In this document: positions 38,194 through 50,996 of the stretch, piece after piece
Layout of the letters: each line of letters opens with the position of its first letter
Numbering within the stretch: position 1 is the stretch's first letter
Assembly: GCF_044704955.1 (NCBI RefSeq)
Contig: NC_091987.1
Location: 117,304,001-117,368,000, forward strand
Reading direction: 5' to 3'
Length of the DNA stretch: 64,000 bases
Origin: Pristiophorus japonicus
Taxonomy: Eukaryota
The notes under the pieces: model-generated
Told to the model about the DNA's origin: nothing
Seen by the model: the letters and a program-made list of their open reading frames with translations, nothing else
The model's database searches: none
Made by a program: the position numbers and the translations under genes

Positions 38194-38967
38194 GAGGGCG
38201 AAATTGCCCTGCGCCCTGATTGGGAGCGGTAATCATCTTGGGCCGGACTTTCTGCACTCGCGCAGATGTCCTGCCCCCGCCGCTGAAATGATCTTTCTGC
38301 CCCTCAAAGGAAGCAGAGCGCAATCTCACGCGCACCACTTCGTTTTGGGGTGGTTACTGGAGCAATACTGAAACGGTGAATCAAGTGTCACGCGGATGCT
38401 CCATGTAGCGCTGATGAGCTTCAACGCCCTTCCCCTTCACTTAAAGGGAGGGCCGCTGTGCACTCTGCAAGGCCTCTAATGGCCTCCATTAGGCCACCAG
38501 GGCACTGTGCTGGGCTGCACACTGGCGGCACGGGCCAGACTAGGGCCACCATCATAGAGCTGACCCGAGAATTGGCAATCAAAAAAAGATGGCGGCCCGG
38601 GGCACTGGCGCCCTCCCCTTTAAGGTGCGTCCCAAGAGCGGATATCAGCCAGCTTCATGAACGGGGAAGCAGGCATTGACATCCGCTCACACCAGCCTCA
38701 TGGCCCATGGTGCAATTTCCCCCGTTAAGGGGTTGGCACGGGGTGCTGAGAGGTTGCCGCACACAGCGATGATGTAATCGGCAGTTACCCTGCGGCCCGG
38801 GGCGCTAACTGCAGGATGCGGTGCTGCCATGGCAGCGCCTCTGCAAACTCCCAGCCAATTTCCCAGGAACCGGTAACGCCACCCTTCCCCAGGTGAAAAT
38901 TCTCCTCTGCCCTGTTATTGCCTCTGGGGGCGCTAATGGGGCTATAAAAAGGGGCAATTTCACCCCC
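38194..38967. mobile_element. Non-autonomous Harbinger-like MITE with 3-bp TSD TGT
   Basis: TIRs GAGGGCGAAATTGCCC and GGGGCAATTTCACCCCC, both flanked by TGT. Confidence 0.8.
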
Positions 38968-39229
38968 TGTGTGATTTAGTGTGAACTTAACACAACTCTT
39001 CTTAAAAAAGCCTTTGAAGTGACAATTCCCCCTTAAAAGACAAATAGTTAGTAGACTCTCTGGTATTTCAAAACTGAGATTGATAGGTTTGTGTTAGGCA
39101 AAAATATTAAGAGTTACAGAACCAAGGCGGGTAGATGGAGTTGATTTAGATCAGCCATGATCGAATTGAATAGTGGAACAGGCTTGAGAGGCTGAATGGC
39201 TTACTCCTGTTTGTATGCTCCTAGTACAA

Positions 39230-40007
39230 TTGAGAGAGATTTTTGCCCAAACATGATGGCCGAGAAATGCCGGTCGAATGCTTCCCGCGGGCGGTCGATT
39301 AAAATAGGGAAAAAAGATGTGCACTTACTTGAACCTGCTGCACCCACGAGAGATCCCAGTCCTGAGGCCTTCACTCACTGCACGTCGGGACGTCCGTAGA
39401 GTTGGAGCTGCAGTCACATGGCTCTGGGCAGCCAATCCAGGTACAGTATTTTCTCATTCATAATAATGGAAACTCTGTAATTTGGAGTTCCCGTTATTAT
39501 GATTGAGAAACCCGCCCCCCCCAACACCCAAAACACTAATAAAAAATAGAAAAAAATACACCACATATTTAATATTAATTTAAATTAAAGTTATTTATGT
39601 CTTATAAAGAAGATATATTTTTCTCATTTTTTAAAAAGTTTGTTAAATTATGGTTTAAAATAAACTTAACATAGTGGGGAGGGTTTTTAACAATAACATG
39701 TATTTTTAAATTTTATTTTATTATGTTTTTTTGTGTTTTAAAACTCTTACACCTGTAAAAGTAGGCTATGCGCCTGCTTTTATCAGGTGCAGAGTTTTCA
39801 GGACATTTGCTGGGCAAGATATGGGTAAATACCGCAATCTTGTCCTTGCAAATGTCCTCGCTTCCGAGATGCGGAGGATCTGTCAAGCTCATCGGAAAAG
39901 CCGTTTTCAGCGCATGCACATTGTGCGCTGAAAACCAGCTTTTGCGATGCCTTCCCAGGTCCGTACACACTCCGTACAGACCCGAGGGGACCGGGATTTC
40001 TGGGCCA
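39230..40007. repeat. Probable non-autonomous DNA-transposon-like repeat (GC-rich ends, AT-rich core)
   Basis: Right end GGGATTTCTGGGCC resembles the GGGC..AAAT termini of other elements here; the left TIR match is poor. Confidence 0.4.
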
Positions 40008-40597
40008 ATATTTAATATATAGCAATCCAGTTTGTATATCACATAAGGACAATCTACACTCTGTTTCTATCAATGTGTCTTTTTAATCACTGCAGAGTTA
40101 GGTACTAAGTTTCCCCCCACAAGCTGTACAGCTCCATGACCAATAAAGCAGGGCTTCAGGCCTCTATCATTTCCATGGTGTAGCTGGCTTTTAGGCAATC
40201 AATGAGACTGGTATTACTCTCAGATATTCACCATCTCCCTGAAATGAAGCATATCTCTCTGTTCCTCCAACTCTTGTCTCTTTGTGCATCCCCCACTCCC
40301 TTTGCCCCATCATTGGTGGCTCTGACTTCAGCCCAGGCTCCATGCTCTGGGATCCTCCATAAATCTGTCTGCCTGCCCATCTCTTGCTCCTCCTTTAAGA
40401 CCTTCCTTAAAAACCATCTCTTTGACCAATTTTTGCTCTGTGTCCATTGTTTTGATTATGCGCCTGTGAAGTGCTTTGGGACCTTTGTCAATGTCAAAGG
40501 TGCTATATAAATGGAAGTTGTTGTTTTGCTTGTTGTTTAATTAATTGAGCAAAATGCCCTGAGTCTGTTTCTATTTTAATTGATTTTGCTTTCTAGA

Positions 40598-40709
40598 ATG
40601 ATTTCCTGTGGAACACGGTACTACAGCTCAAGCAGTTGGATGTTTTCAAAAGCTCGCATTTCCTTCTTCCCTGCAGTTCTTCTCTTTATTCTGGTCACTG
40701 TACACCAAG
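40598..40709 (+). CDS. ADGRG4: Signal-peptide exon of an ADGRG4/GPR112-like adhesion GPCR
   Basis: Acceptor TTTTGCTTTCTAG ending 40596; ATG at 40598; MISCGTRYYSSSSWMFSKARISFFPAVLLFILVTVHQ has a hydrophobic core; phase-1 donor G|GTAAG matches the phase-1 acceptor of the pentraxin exon. The paralog assignment is tentative. Confidence 0.7.
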
Positions 40710-41039
40710 GTAAGAATCAACGGTTGTGTGTTAGTAATGACACAATTTCTACTGAACTGGATCTGTCAAACACATCGCAGGTTAGGAGGTCAACTTCAAA
40801 TCTGAAATCAAATGGTATTCCACCTGGCAGTGTGGTGGACCCACCCCCAGACGTAGACACTGCAGTGGTTCTAAGAGAATCCTTTCTGTTAGTTGATTCA
40901 GACACAATTGTTTTCTTTTCATTTTCTCTCCAGTGGAGTGTAAATATTAAAACATTTAAAAGTTTAAACCGTGGCCATATCAAAAAATTGGCTCATAAAG
41001 ACGACTCATGATGGAACAACAACTTGCATAATACGGCTC

Positions 41040-41830
41040 TCCTCACATTACAACATCACCAAGCACCAAGAGAGGAGAATACAATGACCACCAAGTAGGA
41101 GAGAAATAAGAGGCAGAATGGAGTTAGGGGCAAGGCCAAAAAAGTGCTTGAAGAGAAAAGTCTTATACGGAATTTTGAATGCAGGAGGGAGGAGGCAGTG
41201 TGGAAGGGCTTTTCAGAGTAATTTTTATAGGACAGGAGTTTGGTACTGAAAGTCTGGCCATTAATGGTGGACTGAAGAGAATTGAACCAGTGTTGGAGGA
41301 GCAATGATTTGTACTTAGTTTCCATTTCAGCTCAGACTGCTTCTACTAATCAGTGTCCATGGCAGATACTCCACTTCATAGGCTGCTAAAATGGTCACAA
41401 ATTTGCATATATTTACAAGGATGCCATCTGACTCAGGTGGTTACCTCAACAGCCCAGGAAAATAGTGGGATAAAAAGGCCACGGGTTGGAAATATAGTAG
41501 TAACTGCAACGCTTTCAGAAGCAAGGGCAAGGTTTCCACCAGGCGGAAGGAGTTAAAATCCCCCTTTTAATGTCAACCATTTGAGCAAGGATCAAGATGG
41601 GGCAAGGAAAGGTAAAACTAGCTGTCCTCAGCATAAATACGGAGCCTGATTCCAAGCTTCCGGATGATGCCATCAAGGGGAGACATGTAAATAATGAAGA
41701 GGATGGGGCCAAGGATTGGTGCCTGGGTAGGCATAGGAAGAGAAACCATTGGCGGATACGAGACTTCAAGGTCTCTCTCTGCTGCAGCTCTATTCCCCAC
41801 ACCTTTTACCTAACTTACCTTTTTCTTTTT
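41040..41830 (-). mobile_element. Old L2 LINE fragment
   Basis: PTQAPILGPILFIIYMSPL..IYAEDS (PQG and YADD RT motifs). Confidence 0.65.
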
Positions 41831-41934
41831 GTCTTCCCTTGCTCTTTTGTACTCTCCTATTTGTTTTTCTATTCTCTCATAGCAACTGTATTACCTCATG
41901 TGAGTGGAGCAAGGATTTCAGTGCCTCCTAGTAG

Positions 41935-42240
41935 GGAGTGGAGCAGGGATCAAAATAACTAGTTGTGGGTGGGGCAGGGGGGAGTAGGTTAGAGCAGGGA
42001 TCTCACCTCATAGTTGGGAGCTTGACCAGAAATCAAGTTACTTTGTTTGTGGGAGGAGGGGAGTTAGGGATCTCACTGCTTTGTGGTGAGGAGGGTAGGG
42101 TTGGAGCAACATCTTGCTGCCTTGAGCTGGGGGTGAAGCAGGAATCTGACTTCCTTGTAGTGGGGTCGGAGCAAGGGTCTTGCTGCCTTGAGCTGGGGGT
42201 GGTGCAGGAATCTTGGTGCCTCATCTAGGGAGGTGGGGCA
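41935..42240 (+). repeat. Degenerate G-rich tandem repeat with a duplicated TCTTGCTGCCTTGAGCTGGGGGTG unit
   Basis: The unit occurs near 42111 and 42178; GAGCAGGGATC-like motifs recur. Confidence 0.55.
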
Positions 42241-42454
42241 TGGAAGAGTTCTAGTAGGGAGAACACAGGCTGCTGAAGCTGCTACAGGGTACTTCCACAA
42301 TCAGGTGCTGTGCAGGGAGGAGACAGCGCTATATTGTAGCCCTGATTCTGTGATCCGTGCTCCCTGTAAACACAGTGGAATTATCCCTATAAGTCTTTAA
42401 AAAAATCTTTTACTCTGTCAATTTTCAACTCTAACCTGAATGTATTGATTCTCA

Positions 42455-42815
42455 GGCACTGGCTGCCCTCCCGCATCTTGGCCAAGTGACCTTTATTCAT
42501 ACATGAGCTTTGACTGTAAGTAATAGCAGGTAATTCAACAGCATGGGGACATCACGGCCAAGCTTGCTTCTTTCCTCACCCTGTGATCCCCCCAACGTAT
42601 ACTTCTAGCAAGAGTCACTGGATACAAATCGGGAAGGTGAATCCTGGCATGAATGTCTTCTCCTTATCCTGGAAATAAAGATACTGAGGCCAAATATTGT
42701 GCCACTGCTGTCATACCAGCTAAGATCAGCTGACAGGGGATGAAACTTGGGTATGTATCCCTCCTCTATATGGCTCAGGTGCCCACTGGGCAGACTCACT
42801 GAGCCATTGGGGGAG
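42455..42815 (-). mobile_element. Ancient tRNA-derived SINE (related pieces near 43780-43990 and 60795-61140)
   Basis: Minus strand starts TCCCCCAATGGCTCAGTGAG..CTGAGCCATA (A-box-like); ATGGCTCAG and CACTGAG motifs are shared with 61020-61140. Confidence 0.5.
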
Positions 42816-43487
42816 TCACATTGCATTATCAATGTTTATGACATCGACGCTTCATGTTCATAAACTAAGGAATTAAGATCTAACAAGTAATTTTTTTATG
42901 AGAGCCGTGTCCCTTTAAAAGACTTCTTCAGCTTATAAAGCATTGTGTAGCATTATCACAGAGCGAATGATGTTTCAATTAAATCCTACCTTAATGTTAA
43001 CAAGGCAGTTAACACAAATGTTTGTTTATAGGGATCATGTTCCTTCCTCTCTCAAGCAATACACACCCATTTCAACCTGAGGTTATCATTGGTTTTGACT
43101 TGATATGCTATGGCTAACGTAATGCTGACCGATTGACTGGTAAAATTAAGGAGTGTTTCCACCCACGCCCTGTACACAATCTACAACTGATCCATGTTCC
43201 ACCTTATCTGCTAACTTTTGAGTCAAATGGCCTGAAGCAAGTTGTCATAGTCACACAGCAACAATCATAAACAAAGTAGAATAGAAGGACCACAGCTTTC
43301 ACAATGTAGCATATTTTGAGAGATCACCAGAGTACAAGTGATCAGCTGGCACAGAAGTATCTTGCAACCAATCCACTCGCAGTTGGTTTGCCACTTACCT
43401 TGAGTTTCTAAACGCTCAAATTTAGCAATGAAGTGGTGTGGACAAATGGCTAAAATTGTTACTTTTTCCTCTTCTGATTGCTTATCA

Positions 43488-43655
43488 GCTGGGCTCAGTT
43501 GGTAGCACTCTCCCATCTGCGTCAGAAGGTTATGGGTTCAAGCTCCACACATAAAAAAAGTGATTGGCTTCAAAGAATAATTAAAAGATTGAGAAACTCT
43601 TTGGGGTGTCTTCAGATCATGAAATGTGTGATATAATACAAGTCCTTTTGTTTCC
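43488..43655 (+). mobile_element. Internally deleted tRNA SINE (head plus tail)
   Basis: GGCTCAGTTGGTAGCACTCTC..GTCAGAAGGTTATGGGTTCAAG, followed by the SINE tail. Confidence 0.6.
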
Positions 43656-44629
43656 TTCGTAGAATCATAGCAACTCCAGCCCAGAAAGAGGCTGCTATAT
43701 AAATGCACGTTGTTGTTGTCTGGCCATTGTACCTGTTTTGGTGCTAGCTCTTAGTGCAATTACACAACATTGTCTGGGATGCTACTGAAACATGTCATAC
43801 TGAGAGGTCACAAGTTAATTTTATGGGCTGTATTGAGGTTGATGACTTCAGTCAGGGTGCCATGTAATCTTTCAGCATTCCTGGGCTAAGAATGGGAAAA
43901 AATCAGTCAGGATTCCTGTCATCCAATTAACCCCTCCCAGGAAGTGCATGTCTGTAAACATGGTCGTGTCAACAAGATCAGGCTGGGTTAATACGAACCC
44001 CTGGCTACACAACTTGGTGACACATTTATCGATCGGAAGTTTGCTTAGCTCACTTATACTACATTTCTCTTTGTGCCATTAATAACTCGTTTATTTTAAA
44101 TGGGTTAATGTCTGCTTAAAACTAACGCACAGAGAACGTATTACAGTGCATTAAGAGTTTGGATATGAACACCCCCGATTGGAAAATATTTGGCCTCTCG
44201 AGCAAGTACCACATCCCAGTGAATCTCTGCTATTGGGATGGGGGAGAAAATCAGTGAAATCAAAAATTAAAATTAGAACTTTAACATTTTATATAAGCTG
44301 CTGTAACATAAGAATGAGTGAAAGACTGTCAGTAATGTTAGCTGAAAGCATTCATATCGAAGTCCTCTCTGCTATTTTAATGAATGTATTAGCCTACTTT
44401 GTTTAAACAGGGTTAAGCATTTCCAGGCTTATATCACAGGAGAGACCTGAAAATGGTAGCGACATTTATGAACAGCACTCGACCACCTCTGTGCTATCAG
44501 ATTATCTGTCTGACATCAACTTGCAGACAAATCAAAAATTCCTCCAACTGAACAGTGGGAAAACCAATTGTTGGTTTAAACTGCTAAATGCTACACTCTC
44601 CATGGACATGAGCCTTCTTACTTGCTTAG

Positions 44630-45295
44630 GCTGAACCAGATCATCTGAAACCTTGGTTACTTGTTTGACCTAGAGTTGAGCTTCACACGCTCTCTTCACA
44701 ACCACATAATGCATAATTCCATCTCCACCACACTATGGTCTCTGTCCCTACCTCATCCCCACTGCTGCTAAAACACTTAACCCTGTTTCTGTCACCTCGA
44801 GACTAAACTTCTCCAATCTTCTCATTGCTGGCCACCTTCTACAAAGTTGAATTCATTAAAAATACAGCCACCGTATTCAGTTGTACACGATGTCTCGCTC
44901 ATCCATCAACACCTTCATTGACCCTGTTCCCCAATGCATTTAATTAAAAACTCTTGTCTTCATCTTTTAGTCGCTCCATGGCCTCGTCCCACCCCATCTC
45001 TGAAACCTCCTCCAACCTTATGCCCTCTCCCACACTCTTTTGTCTTCCATCCCTGGCACCATGTGCATCTCCCCTCCCTTTGTCTCACCATTCGGCCTCA
45101 CCATCTTGCACCCCCTACCTAAAGGCCTCTACTTCTTCACCTTTCTGCTTTAAAAACAACCTTCTCGACTAAGTTTTCAGTCACCACTCTTAACTTTCCT
45201 ACTATGGCACACTTTCCATTCCTATATTCCTATTACCTATTTTTCCCTCCTCTTCTATGTTAAAGATGTTCTACAAATAAAAATGATTGTTAAGT
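44630..45295 (+). mobile_element. Old L2 LINE 3' fragment
   Basis: GAAACCTTGG..TTTGACC..GAGCTTC, GTCACCTCGAGACTAAAC and TTAAAAACAACCTTCTCGAC are typical of L2 3' regions. Confidence 0.55.
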
Positions 45296-45543
45296 GACAC
45301 ACTGGAAGTACTTGCAGAGCTAGTGGTTCATTTGGTTGATAACATTCAGTTCCAGTATTGTTTCTTTTCCACTGTGTATTTATTCAGTATCATTGATTTG
45401 TGGATGTTGCTTTTTTCATTTTTCAAGAAGTGTGTACTGTTGCTAAACACATTGGAGTAAAATGTTTGTAGATTATCCACAAGTTCAACCCCAGTCTTAG
45501 TCAATCCTATATTTATATAAATAAATATCTTTAAAATCAGTAT

Positions 45544-46678
45544 GGGCTCAAAATCGGCCCATCCGTTTTTTTCGGCGCACACACCAGAGATGCACCGAAT
45601 TTGTGGGCTGAAAACGGCGCCGAAAAGATGTCTGTGGATTCTGGCCGCTCTGCAGCCTCTCCTATGGCTTGGCAAGGCGTGCTCTTTCGATTAGGGGGTG
45701 GAGCTAGGGCCCTGCGCGAAAAACAGTGCCGGCAGCTTAATGCATGCACACTAGAAGTTTCGCGCATGCGCAGTAGCTGCTGCCCCCCAGCTGCGCTGCA
45801 GCATAGGACCCGATGCCTCCTGCCCCTATTCCAGGCCAAGTCACTTCTCAACGCGCGCCGGGCTGCTGGAATAGTAAGAGAGAGAGAGTCAGATCGCTGG
45901 AATAGTCAGAGAGAGAGAGAGAGAGAGTCAGTCAGAGAGAGTCAGTCAGAGAGAGTCAGTCAGAGAGAGAGAGTCAGAGAGAGAGTCAGAGAGAGAGTCA
46001 GAGAGAGTCAGAGTCAAAGAGAGAGTCAAAGTGAGAGTCAAAGAGAGAGTCAGAGAGAGAGTCAGTGAAATATCCAGTGGAAGTAGAGGTTCCATGTCTC
46101 CTTTGGCAGGTTGGCAGTTTATCTTAGAAGTCATTTGCTGCTTGGATGTCGGCGGCCTGTGCACTCCCCATCGTCCCGCACCTATCCCCGGCCGAGTGGC
46201 CTCCCACACCGGCCGGCCCGCTGACTTCCCGGGCCAAGTTTTGATAGGAAGGTAGGACTTAGTTTTATTTTTTATTTCTTCTTGAATGTTTTTATGCTTC
46301 TTGAATGTTGTTGTGCTTTGTTTAGTGCTTTGCAAGGTCCTCTCTACTTCCCTTCCCTCCCCTATCTCTGGCCAAATGGTCTCAGATGTACCTAACTGCG
46401 CTGATTTCTTAAATTTCCGCAAGGGTTTTCTGTGGCCACACATGCTGGCCTAAGTTAGTTTGGAGCAACTATTATAGCTGTCCAAAGTGGCCTATATGGC
46501 CAAAACGGGCGTAGGTGGCTAGTAACGCCTCCTTTTGAAAAAAACAAAACAAAAAAAAATCCTAACTATCTCACTTAACTGGTGCAAATTGAATGTACAA
46601 AATGGGGATTTTTAAGATACTCCAGAAAAATCAAGTTGCTTCAAAAAAATGGAGCAACTCCTGCCCAATTTTGAGCCC
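45544..46678. mobile_element. Non-autonomous TIR element containing a (GAGAGTCA)n microsatellite at about 45875-46066
   Basis: TIRs GGGCTCAAAAT and ATTTTGAGCCC, flanked by AT on both sides. Confidence 0.75.
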
Positions 46679-47811
46679 ATTATTATTATTGTTAAAGATA
46701 GTATAAGATCAAAGGAAGAGGCTTATAATGTTGCCAAAAAGAGCAGAAGCCTGAGGATTGGAAGGATTTTAGAATTCAGCAAAGGAGGACCAAGAAATTG
46801 ATAAAGAAAAGAAAAATGGAATATGAGAGTAAACTAGCGAGAGACATAAAAACACACTGTAAAAGCTCCTATAGGTATGTAAAATGGAAAAGAGTAGCAA
46901 CAGTAAATGTGGGTCCCTTACAGGCTGAGACAAGAGAAATTCTAATGGGGAATAAGGAAATGGCAGAGAAATTAAACAAATACTTTGTGTCTGTCTTCAT
47001 GGAAGAAGACACAAAAAACTTCCCGGAAATAGTGGAGAACCAAGGGTCTAGCCAGAATGAGGAACTGAAAGAAATTAGTATTAGTAAAAAAAAGTACTGG
47101 AGAAATTAATGGGACTGAAAGCTTATAAATCCCCTTGACCTGATGGTTAACACCATAGGGTTTTGAAAGAGGTGGCTATATAGAAAGTGAATGCATTGGT
47201 TGTTACCTTCCAAAATTCCAAAGATTCTAGAATGGTTCCCGCAGATTGGAAGATAGCAAATGTAACTCCGCTATTTAAGAAAGGAGGAAGAGAGAAAATG
47301 GGGAAACTACAGATCAGTTAGCCTGATATCACTAGCAGGCAAAATGCTAGAATTTATTATTAAGGACGTGGTTAAAGGGCACTTAGAAAAGAAAAATATG
47401 TTTGGGCAGAGTCAACACAGATTTATGAAATGGAAATCATGTTTGGCAAATCTGTTAAGAGTTTTTTGTGGTTGTAACTAGCAGAATAAATAAGGGGAAA
47501 CCAGTGGATGTGGTGTATTTGGATTTTCAGAAGGCTTTCGATAAAATGCAACTCAAGAGGTTATTAAACAAAATTAGGGCTCATTGGATTGGGGGTAATA
47601 TATTAGCATGGATTGAGGATTGGTTAACGGACAGAAAATAGAGAGTAGGAATAAACGGATCATTTTCAGGTTGGCAGGCTGTAACTAATGGGGTACTGCA
47701 AGGATCGGTTCTTGGGCCCCAGCTTTCACAAACTATATCAATAATTTGGATGAGGGGACCAAATGTTTGCTGAGGATACAAAGCTTGGTGGGAATGTAAG
47801 TTGTGAGGAGG

Positions 47812-48651
47812 ATGCATGGCAGATGCAGTATAATGTGGATAAATGTGAAGTTATCCATTTTGTGGCAAAAACACGAAGGCAGAATATTATCTGAATGGCG
47901 GCAGATTAGGAAAAGGGGAGGTGCAACGAGACCTAGGTGTCATGGTTCATCAGTCATTGAAAGTTGGCATGCAGGTACAGCAGGCAGTGAAGAAGGCAAA
48001 TGGCATGTTGGCCTTCTTAGCTAGGGGATTTGAGTATAGGAACAGGGAGGTCTTACTGCAATTGTACAGAGCCTTGGTGAGGCCTCACCTGGAATATTGT
48101 GTTCAGTTTTGGTCTCCTAATCTGAGGAAAGATGTTCTTGCTATTGAGCGAGTGCAGCGAAGGTTCACCAGAATGATTCCAGGGATGGCTGGACTGACAT
48201 ATGAGGTGAGACTGGATCAACTGGGCCTTTATACACTGGAGTTTAGAAGGATGAGAGGGGATCTCTTAGAAACGTCTAAGATTCTGACGGGACGGGACAG
48301 GTTAGATGCGGGAAGAAGGTTCCCGATGTTGGAGAAGTCCAGAACCAGGGAACACAGTCTTAGGATAAGGGGTAGGCCATTTAGGACTGAGATGAGAAGA
48401 AACTTCTTCACGCAGAGAGTTGTTAACCTGTGGAATTCCCTGCCGCAGAGAGTTGTTGATGCCAGTTCATTGGATATATTCAAGAGGGAGTTAGATATGG
48501 CCTTACGGCTAAAGGGATCAAGGGTATGGAGAGAAAGCAGGAAAGGGGTACTGAGGTGAATGATCAGCCATGATCTTATTGAATGGCGGTGCAGGCTCGA
48601 AGGGCCGAATGACCTACTCCTGCACCTATTTTATATGTTTCTATGTTTCTA
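47812..48651 (+). mobile_element. CR1 copy B (young 3' fragment) nested in copy A
   Basis: ORF 47921-48559 (QRDLGVMVHQSLKV..FFTQRVV); ATGTTTCT tail. Confidence 0.9.
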
Positions 48652-49968
48652 AGAGGCTTCAGGGAACAAAGACAGGATAAATGAGTGAGCAAGAAAATGG
48701 CAAATGGAATATAATGTGGAGAAATGTGAAGGGATCCACTTTTGTAGAAAAAATAGAAAAGCAGAGCATTTTGTAAATGTTGAGAGATTGGGAAATGTTG
48801 GTGTTCAGAGGGACCTGGGTGTCCTTGTACACGAATCACTGAAAGTTAACATGCAGGTACAGCAAGCAATTAAGAAAGCAAATGGTATATTGGCCTTTAT
48901 TAGAAGTGGATTTGAGCACAAGAGTAAAGACGTCTTCCTACAATTAATTAGGGCCCTGGTGAGACTGCATACCTGGAGTATTGTGTACAGTTTTGGACTT
49001 ACCTAAGGAAGGATATACTTGCTATAGAGAGAGTGCAATGAAGGTTCACTAGAGTGATTCCTGGGATGGGGGACTGTCCTATGAGGAGAGATTGAGTAGA
49101 TTAGGCCTATATTCTCTAGAGTTTAGAAGAATGAGAGGTGATCTCATTGAAACATACAAGGAGATATTTCACAACTCTCAAGAAAAATATATTCCTGCGA
49201 GGAGGAAAGGGTGTAAGGGAAAAGATAGCCATTGTGGCTAACTAAAGAGATAAAGGACGGTATCCAATTAAAAACAAGGGCATACAAAGTGGCCAAAACT
49301 AGTGGGAGTACAGAAGACTGGGAAACTTTAAAAAGCCCCAAAAAAATGATTAAGAAAAGGAAGATAGACTATAAAAGCAAACTAGCACAAAATATTGTTA
49401 TGTATGGAGAAAGAGTCAGACTGAACACTGTAAGCTCAAAGTAAAATGTGACCTTAGTCTTTTATTGCAGGTTTCCAGAATGCCTCTCCAACCTGTGAGG
49501 CCTCCTTATATACCTATGCTCCCAAGGGATTATGGGATCCCTTGGGACTCCAGGGGGTGAGCCCCCTGGTGGCTGTACAGAGTAAATACAAGTTAACATA
49601 GATAACAACACTCGCCCCGCAAAGTCAATAGTGTAACTATTTACAATGTGAGTCGATCTGGGGCCCTTCTTGCCCTGGTTGATCATCTCGGTGTGAAAGC
49701 TGGTATTGTTGAATCATTTGTTGGGCCCTCGCTGGGCTGCCTGGTGTGTTGGGTCCTGCTGGGCTGCTGTGGAAGATGGGTTCTGCTTCGTAGTCAACTG
49801 TGGTGCCGGTTGCCATTGGTGTGTATGTTGGGGCATCAAAAAAGGTAGGGTCCAAGGTGGGTTGCTCAGGGTAGTTTGTAAATCTGAGTTTGATTTGGTC
49901 CAAGTGTTTCCGGTGAATGAGTCCATTTGAAAGTTTGACCCAAAACACCCTGCTCCCCTCTTTGTCCA

Positions 49969-50330
49969 AGATTAGGCCTATATTCTCTAGAGTTTAGAAG
50001 AATGAGAGGTGATCTCATTGAAACATACAAGGAGATATTTCACAACTCTCAAGAAAAATATATTCCTGCGAGGAGGAAAGGGTGTAAGAGAAAAGATAGC
50101 CATTGTGGCTAACTAAAGAGATAAAGGATGGTATCCAATTAAAAATAAGGGCATACAAAGTGGCCAAAACTAGTGGGAGTACAGAAGACTGGGAAACTTT
50201 AAAAAGCCCCAAAAAAATGATTAAGAAAAGGAAGATAGACTATGAAAGTAAACTAGCACAAAATATTGTTATGTATGGAGAAAGAGTCAGACTGAACACT
50301 GTAAGCTCAAAGTAAAATGTGACCTTAGTC
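49969..50330 (+). repeat. 362-bp duplicate of 49098-49459 inserted into the Gypsy integrase tail
   Basis: Constant 871-bp offset (ORFs 49144/50015 and 49232/50103); about 5 substitutions. Confidence 0.93.
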
Positions 50331-50996
50331 GGGAAGCCACTAGGGACCTTGTCCATAATTCAATACAAATACAGAGTCATTGATTTCAATCTCGTGTGAC
50401 ACATTTGCGCTATCATGGTATGTAATTTGTTGAAGCCACCTGCTCTCTACCTGTTCATGCAGATCAGGGTGAACTAACGAGAGCCTTGTCTTAAGTGCTC
50501 TTTTCATGAGCAGTTCAGCAGATGGGATCCCAGTGAGCGAGTGGGGTCTCGTGCGGTAGCTAAACAGGACTTGGGATATGCGAGTCTGCAGCGAGCCTTC
50601 AGTTACCCTCTTAAAGCCTTGCTTGATGGTTTGTACTGCTCTCTCTGATTGACCATTGGATGCTGGTTTAAACGGGGCAGATGTGACATGTTTGATCCCG
50701 TTACGGGTCATGATTTCTTTGAATTCAGCACTGGTGAAACATGGCACGTTGTCGCTCACCAGGACATCGGGTAAGCCGTGAGTGGCAATCATGGCCTGCA
50801 GGCTTTCAGTAGTGGCAGCGGACATGCTAGCCGACATTATCTCACATTCAATCCACTTGGAATACGCATCTACAATCACTAGGAACATTTTACCCAAGAA
50901 CGGGCATAGAAACATAGAAACATAGAAAATAGGTGCAGGAGTAGGCCATTCGGCCCTTCTAGCCTGCACCGCCATTCAATGGCTGAACATTCAACT

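Noticed and set aside
40710-41011. Continuation of ORF 40580-41011 as a single-exon protein
   Set aside because: A strong donor at 40710 and the phase match to the pentraxin exon indicate that the rest is intron.
43488-43545. tRNA-like sequence
   Set aside because: SINE head with A/B boxes joined to a SINE tail; no complete cloverleaf.
45601-46443. ORFs with RE/SQ or LS/LT repeats
   Set aside because: GAGAGTCA microsatellite inside a non-autonomous TIR element.
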